DNA from: a bacterium
Lineage (GTDB): Bacteria; SAR324; NAC60-12
DNA length: 64,000 bases
NCBI GenBank assembly: GCA_965233585.1
Contig: CBDDTI010000747.1
Span: forward strand, 992,001-1,056,000
Direction: 5' to 3'
Shown here: positions 59,780 to 64,000 of the stretch, piece by piece
Layout: every line of letters begins with the position of its first letter
Numbering within the stretch: the stretch's first letter is position 1
Made by a program: the position numbers and the translations under genes
Notes under the pieces: generated by a model
Databases searched by the model: none
What the model was told of the DNA's origin: nothing
Seen by the model: only the letters and a program-made list of their open reading frames with translations

Positions 59780-61417
59780 ATGACAGCATTAGACGACATT
59801 AGACAACATTTCACAGGACGTTCCCTCACATACATTGTGCTTGATGGCTGGGGAATTGGGGAAACTGCCAAGTACGATGCAATCCATCTGGCAAAAACTC
59901 CAACCATTGACAGACTTTTCAAGGACTATCCGAACACAAGACTTTGGACTCATGGCACTCATGTTGGTTTGCCAAGCGACAATGATCTTGGGGGGTCAGA
60001 GGTAGGACACATGACGATGGGTGCAGGTCAAGTTTTGGAGCAAGGACCAACCTACATCAATCGGCTGATTAATGACGGCTCTCTTTTTAAAAGTCCTGCA
60101 TTGGAAAAATTGATCAAAAACTGTCTTGACAAACAAACGCCATTTCATTTGATTGGTCTGCTTTCTGATGGCAACATTCACAGCAACATTGCTCATGCAG
60201 TGGCTTTGATAGAACATGCTTTTCAGGTTGGAATCAAACAGGTCTATCTTCATGCGTTGTTAGATGGTCGTGACGTTGGAATCCAGTCTGCTCTTGATTA
60301 CATTGAGCCGATAGAAAGTTTATTCCAAAAGCTCAAATCCCAACGACCAGACATTGATTATGCTTTTGCAAGTGGAGGAGGGCGTGAGCAAATCACGATG
60401 GACCGAGACCAAAATTGGCAGGTCATGCAAGAAAGTTGGGACGTTCATGTCTTGGGCAAATGCGAACGCAAGTTTCCTTCTATGACTGACGCTGTGTTGC
60501 ACTATCGCCACATGCACAAAGGTATCATTGATCAAGCCATACCAAGTTTTGTCATTGAACGAGACGGCAAGCCTGTTGCCACCATGCAAGATGGACATTC
60601 TTTGGTCTTTTTCAACTTCCGTGCAGACAGGGCTTTGCAGTTTAGTCAGATGATTGAAGATGACGACTTCCCACATTTTGACCGCACTCCACGACCTGAT
60701 TTGATGTTTGCAAGCATGATGGTCTATGACCAAGACAACCAACGTCCTGTTCTCCATCTTGTCAAACCTCCAACTGTTGAAAATCCTCTTGGCAAGCGAG
60801 TTTTAGAGCTTGGCATGAAGCAATTTAGGTTGGCTGAAACCCAAAAATATCCACATGTTACTTTCTTTTTCAATGGAGGATACCGCGAACCGCTTGACCC
60901 CAAACGAGAGCTTTATCATCTAATTGATTCTGACAAACTGGAGTCTTTTGACCTGAAGCCTGAAATGAAAGCCTATGAAATTGCAGACCAAGCTGTGCAA
61001 TTCATTGCCTCTCAAGACTATCAGTTTGGTGTCATCAATTTTGCAAATGCTGACATGGTTGGGCATTCAGGAAACTTACAAGCGGCTATCCAAAGTGCTG
61101 AAGCCGTTGACCAAGCACTTGCCAAAATTGTTGCTGAAACAGAAAAACAAAAAGGCATGGTTGTCATCACTGCAGACCACGGAAACGCAGATGAAATGAG
61201 TGTCTGGAACAAATCCCGTGAAATCTGGGAGCCAAGTGCTAAACATTCATTGAATCCTGTCCCTTTCCTCTTGTTTGACCCACTTTACCAAGACAACTAT
61301 CAACTGAAACAAGCCAGTCAACACTCATTGAATTTAAGTCACATTGCCTCAACTAACATGATTTTATTAGGGCAATCTGCTCCCTCAGATATGAACGACC
61401 CACTTTTTGAAGTGTAA
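59780..61417 (+). CDS. gpmI: 2,3-bisphosphoglycerate-independent phosphoglycerate mutase
   Basis: VLDGWG, G..VGLP...GSEVGH, LSDG.IHS, DGRD, NFRADR, ETQKYPHVTFF, N.DMVGH, TADHGN. Confidence 0.95.
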   Translation: MTALDDIRQHFTGRSLTYIVLDGWGIGETAKYDAIHLAKTPTIDRLFKDYPNTRLWTHGTHVGLPSDNDLGGSEVGHMTMGAGQVLEQGPTYINRLINDGSLFKSPALEKLIKNCLDKQTPFHLIGLLSDGNIHSNIAHAVALIEHAFQVGIKQVYLHALLDGRDVGIQSALDYIEPIESLFQKLKSQRPDIDYAFASGGGREQITMDRDQNWQVMQESWDVHVLGKCERKFPSMTDAVLHYRHMHKGIIDQAIPSFVIERDGKPVATMQDGHSLVFFNFRADRALQFSQMIEDDDFPHFDRTPRPDLMFASMMVYDQDNQRPVLHLVKPPTVENPLGKRVLELGMKQFRLAETQKYPHVTFFFNGGYREPLDPKRELYHLIDSDKLESFDLKPEMKAYEIADQAVQFIASQDYQFGVINFANADMVGHSGNLQAAIQSAEAVDQALAKIVAETEKQKGMVVITADHGNADEMSVWNKSREIWEPSAKHSLNPVPFLLFDPLYQDNYQLKQASQHSLNLSHIASTNMILLGQSAPSDMNDPLFEV

Positions 61418-61441
61418 AAACAAGGTATTTGTAAAATCAAA

Positions 61442-63424
61442 ATGTATCAAAACGAAAATGAGGGTGAACATGACTATTTATCTTTGTTTGGAAACATTGA
61501 TATTGAGGAAGTAGTCAATCAAATTTCTAAATCTTCAAATCAAATCAATCAAATTTTAAGGAGCATGGATAGTCAGAAAAGACCAATTATTTTGAGTTCT
61601 CTAATGATTTGTCTTTTTGAAAAAGAAAATTTACAAAATGATTTTAAAAATCATTTTATGACATTTGCACCAGAGACTATTATCACAAATGTTCCTTTAA
61701 CACTTGAAAAAGTTTTAAAGAAAGAGCAAATCCCCCAAGACAAAATTGACATACTCAAAAACCAATTTGATTATGCAATCAAAGATGATATAGATGTTCA
61801 GAAAAGTGATCTTTTAAAAGAAATTTTAAGAGAGCTAGAAGATCATGTCATTCCTCTATTTCAAACAAAGACAAATTATGACATTATTGGAAAGTTTTAC
61901 GAAGAATTTTTAAAATATGCTGGTGTGACAAATGTTAAAAATGGCATTGTTTTAACTCCAAGACATATCACAGAATTTTTTACTGATTTAATTGAGATGA
62001 AATATAATGATGTCATTTTTGATCCTTGTTGTGGAACAGGTGCTTTTTTAGTTTCTGGAATGAATAGAATTTTAAACATCATTGAAAACTCTCATTTAAC
62101 AAACAAACAAAACCTTAAAAATCAAGTCAAGGAAAAGCAATTAATAGGTTTTGAAAAAAATCCTACTATGTTTGCCTTATCTATTTCTAATATGCTTTTT
62201 AGAGGTGATGGAAAGGCTCAAATTCACCATATAGATTTTTTTGATGAACAAACAAAAGCTGTTTTAGAAAATAAGAATCCTACAATCGGCTTCATCAACC
62301 CACCTTATGGGGGTCAAGACAATAAGAAAAACCCTACCAAGAAAGAGATTCAATTTTTAGCTAAACTTTTAGATCAATGTAGTCGCTATGTCATCATCAT
62401 TGCACCACTTTCTACTTACTTCAAAGAAGACCATTTGAGAAACTCCATTTTAGCAAGACATACACTAAAAGCTGTGATAAATATGCCAAATGAATTATTT
62501 CAACCTAATGCTTCAACTCACACTGCCATTGCTGTTTTTGAAACTCATACTCCTCATTGTCAAAAAGAAGTTTTGTTTTATGACTTAAAAGATAATAGTT
62601 TTGTCCTATCCAAACAGAAAGGAAGAACTGATGTTCTAAACAAATGGAATACTCTCAAAAAATCTTTATTAAGAGAGATTAAAAACCCCAATCAGTACGT
62701 AGATGCTACCAGTTTTTTAAAAACTTCTATACAAGAAAATGATGAATGGATTATTCAATCACATTCAAAAACAGATTACTCACAGCTTAGTGAAAAGCAT
62801 TTTTTAAACTCAATAAGAGAATATGTTATTTTTAAAACTAAAAAGAATTTAAATTTATTAGACAAAGATTTGAATGAATTAGAATTTTTAGAAATTTTAC
62901 AAAAAAATCATATTGACAATCAATCTAAGTTAAAAAGAGAATTACCCAAAGAATTGAAATGTAAAGAATTTGATATTCAAGATGTATTCATTGTTAGAGG
63001 TTCAAAAAAAAGTTTTACACAACATCAAATCGTGACAGGAGAATACGCATATATCACAACCTCTAACAAAAACAATGGATTTTTTGGAACTTCTGATGTC
63101 TATACCGAAGAAGGAAATGTGATTACTTTTGACAGCGCAACTGATGGGAAGTGTTTCTATCAAGAACATGCTTTTGTCGGGTCTGACCATGTAGAAATTT
63201 TAGAACCTAAAAACTTTGAATTAAATCAATATCTTGGTCTGTATTTCATTACCATACTAAACATGGAATTATTTAGATATTCTTTTGGCAGAAAAAGATC
63301 ACAAAAAAGAATGAAAAAAGATAAAATTTACTTGCCATACATCAAAGAAGGAAATGAAGACGTTCCAGACTTTTGTCGTATGGAAGAATACATCAAATGT
63401 TTGCCATACTCACAACATCTTTAA
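61442..63424 (+). CDS. N6-adenine DNA methyltransferase fused to a target-recognition (S-like) domain
   Basis: GKFYEEFLKY, GIVLTPRHI, FDPCCGTGAFL, NPPY; C-terminal YITTS..NNG, FYQE..F, RYSFGRK, PDF..MEEYIK.LPYS. Confidence 0.85.
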   Translation: MYQNENEGEHDYLSLFGNIDIEEVVNQISKSSNQINQILRSMDSQKRPIILSSLMICLFEKENLQNDFKNHFMTFAPETIITNVPLTLEKVLKKEQIPQDKIDILKNQFDYAIKDDIDVQKSDLLKEILRELEDHVIPLFQTKTNYDIIGKFYEEFLKYAGVTNVKNGIVLTPRHITEFFTDLIEMKYNDVIFDPCCGTGAFLVSGMNRILNIIENSHLTNKQNLKNQVKEKQLIGFEKNPTMFALSISNMLFRGDGKAQIHHIDFFDEQTKAVLENKNPTIGFINPPYGGQDNKKNPTKKEIQFLAKLLDQCSRYVIIIAPLSTYFKEDHLRNSILARHTLKAVINMPNELFQPNASTHTAIAVFETHTPHCQKEVLFYDLKDNSFVLSKQKGRTDVLNKWNTLKKSLLREIKNPNQYVDATSFLKTSIQENDEWIIQSHSKTDYSQLSEKHFLNSIREYVIFKTKKNLNLLDKDLNELEFLEILQKNHIDNQSKLKRELPKELKCKEFDIQDVFIVRGSKKSFTQHQIVTGEYAYITTSNKNNGFFGTSDVYTEEGNVITFDSATDGKCFYQEHAFVGSDHVEILEPKNFELNQYLGLYFITILNMELFRYSFGRKRSQKRMKKDKIYLPYIKEGNEDVPDFCRMEEYIKCLPYSQHL

Positions 63425-63430
63425 AATCAG

Positions 63431-63697
63431 ATGGCATCTCTCAAAAAAGTTTTCTCTTTTCTGCATCGTTTGACTGGTTGGTTAGTCATTTTTCTAATCC
63501 AATGTTACCAAATTTGTCTGTCACCTTATTTGCCTAAAAGTTGCAGGTTCACACCTTCTTGTTCTCAATATGCGGTGGAAGCCTTCAAAACTTTTCAATT
63601 TTGGTATGCCTCTTACTTGACTATCAGACGCATCTTGCGTTGCAATCCTTTTGGTAGCTGTGGCGATGACCCTCTGCCCAAACCCAAGCATGTTTGA
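63431..63697 (+). CDS. yidD: Membrane protein insertion efficiency factor YidD
   Basis: YQ...SP.LP.SCRFTPSCSQY, RI.RCNPF...G.DP. Confidence 0.92.
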   Translation: MASLKKVFSFLHRLTGWLVIFLIQCYQICLSPYLPKSCRFTPSCSQYAVEAFKTFQFWYASYLTIRRILRCNPFGSCGDDPLPKPKHV

Positions 63698-64000
63698 CCA
63701 AAAACAACTGCACCAGCTTTGCACAGCACAAGACATGCAAAAGCTAGACAGCCACACCATTCATCAGTTAGGCATGCCTAGTTTGTTGTTGATGGAAAAT
63801 GCAGGGCGTGCCGTAGCAGATTGGGTTGATGCTCATCACCTTCAACAAAACCCTGATGACCTTGTTGTTGTGTGTTGTGGCAATGGGAATAATGGCGGAG
63901 ATGGCTATGTGATTGCTAGATTGCTTAAAAATCGTGGTTACTCTGTCAAAGTGGTCTGCCTCCAATTTCCTAAGTCTGATGATGCACAAGCCAATGCAAA
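63690..64000 (+). CDS. nnr: NAD(P)H-hydrate epimerase (NnrE/Nnr), partial, runs off the window
   Basis: Own translation from ATG 63690: TAQDMQKLD...LLMENAGRAVA...VCCGNGNNGGDGYVIARLL. Confidence 0.9.
   Translation, partial: MFDQKQLHQLCTAQDMQKLDSHTIHQLGMPSLLLMENAGRAVADWVDAHHLQQNPDDLVVVCCGNGNNGGDGYVIARLLKNRGYSVKVVCLQFPKSDDAQANA

Overview
AT-rich (roughly 38-40% GC by eye) bacterial chromosomal window from a Gram-negative organism. Gene content is suggestive of a deltaproteobacterial/SAR324-like lineage, but this is inference and not verified. The housekeeping backbone includes tricorn protease, dcd, ybeY-rsmH-lolC/E-alaS, tpiA-secG, recN, IHF/HU, clpB, proA-proB, guaB, dnaE, ilvE, gpmI, yidD and a partial nnr. 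Accessory pieces interrupt it: (1) a tandem array of three AbrB/MazE-PIN (VapBC-type) toxin-antitoxin modules at 15.8-18.5 kb, where near-identical DNA arms flank a swapped ~400-bp core encoding the antitoxin C-terminus and toxin N-terminus, each unit followed by a copy of the tpiA-upstream sequence, plus an orphan antitoxin; (2) a six-repeat kelch-like lipoprotein and a broken SBBP beta-propeller gene, both followed by the same palindromic REP-like element family; (3) a PhyH-like + MATE pair ending in what looks like half an integron attC site fused to the SBBP remnant; (4) a GH63 + carbohydrate ABC operon beside an EamA pseudogene; (5) an N6-adenine methyltransferase-TRD fusion with no evident nuclease. 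DnaE carries a ~64-aa non-intein insertion. No rRNA, tRNA, CRISPR array, integrase or transposase was recognised.
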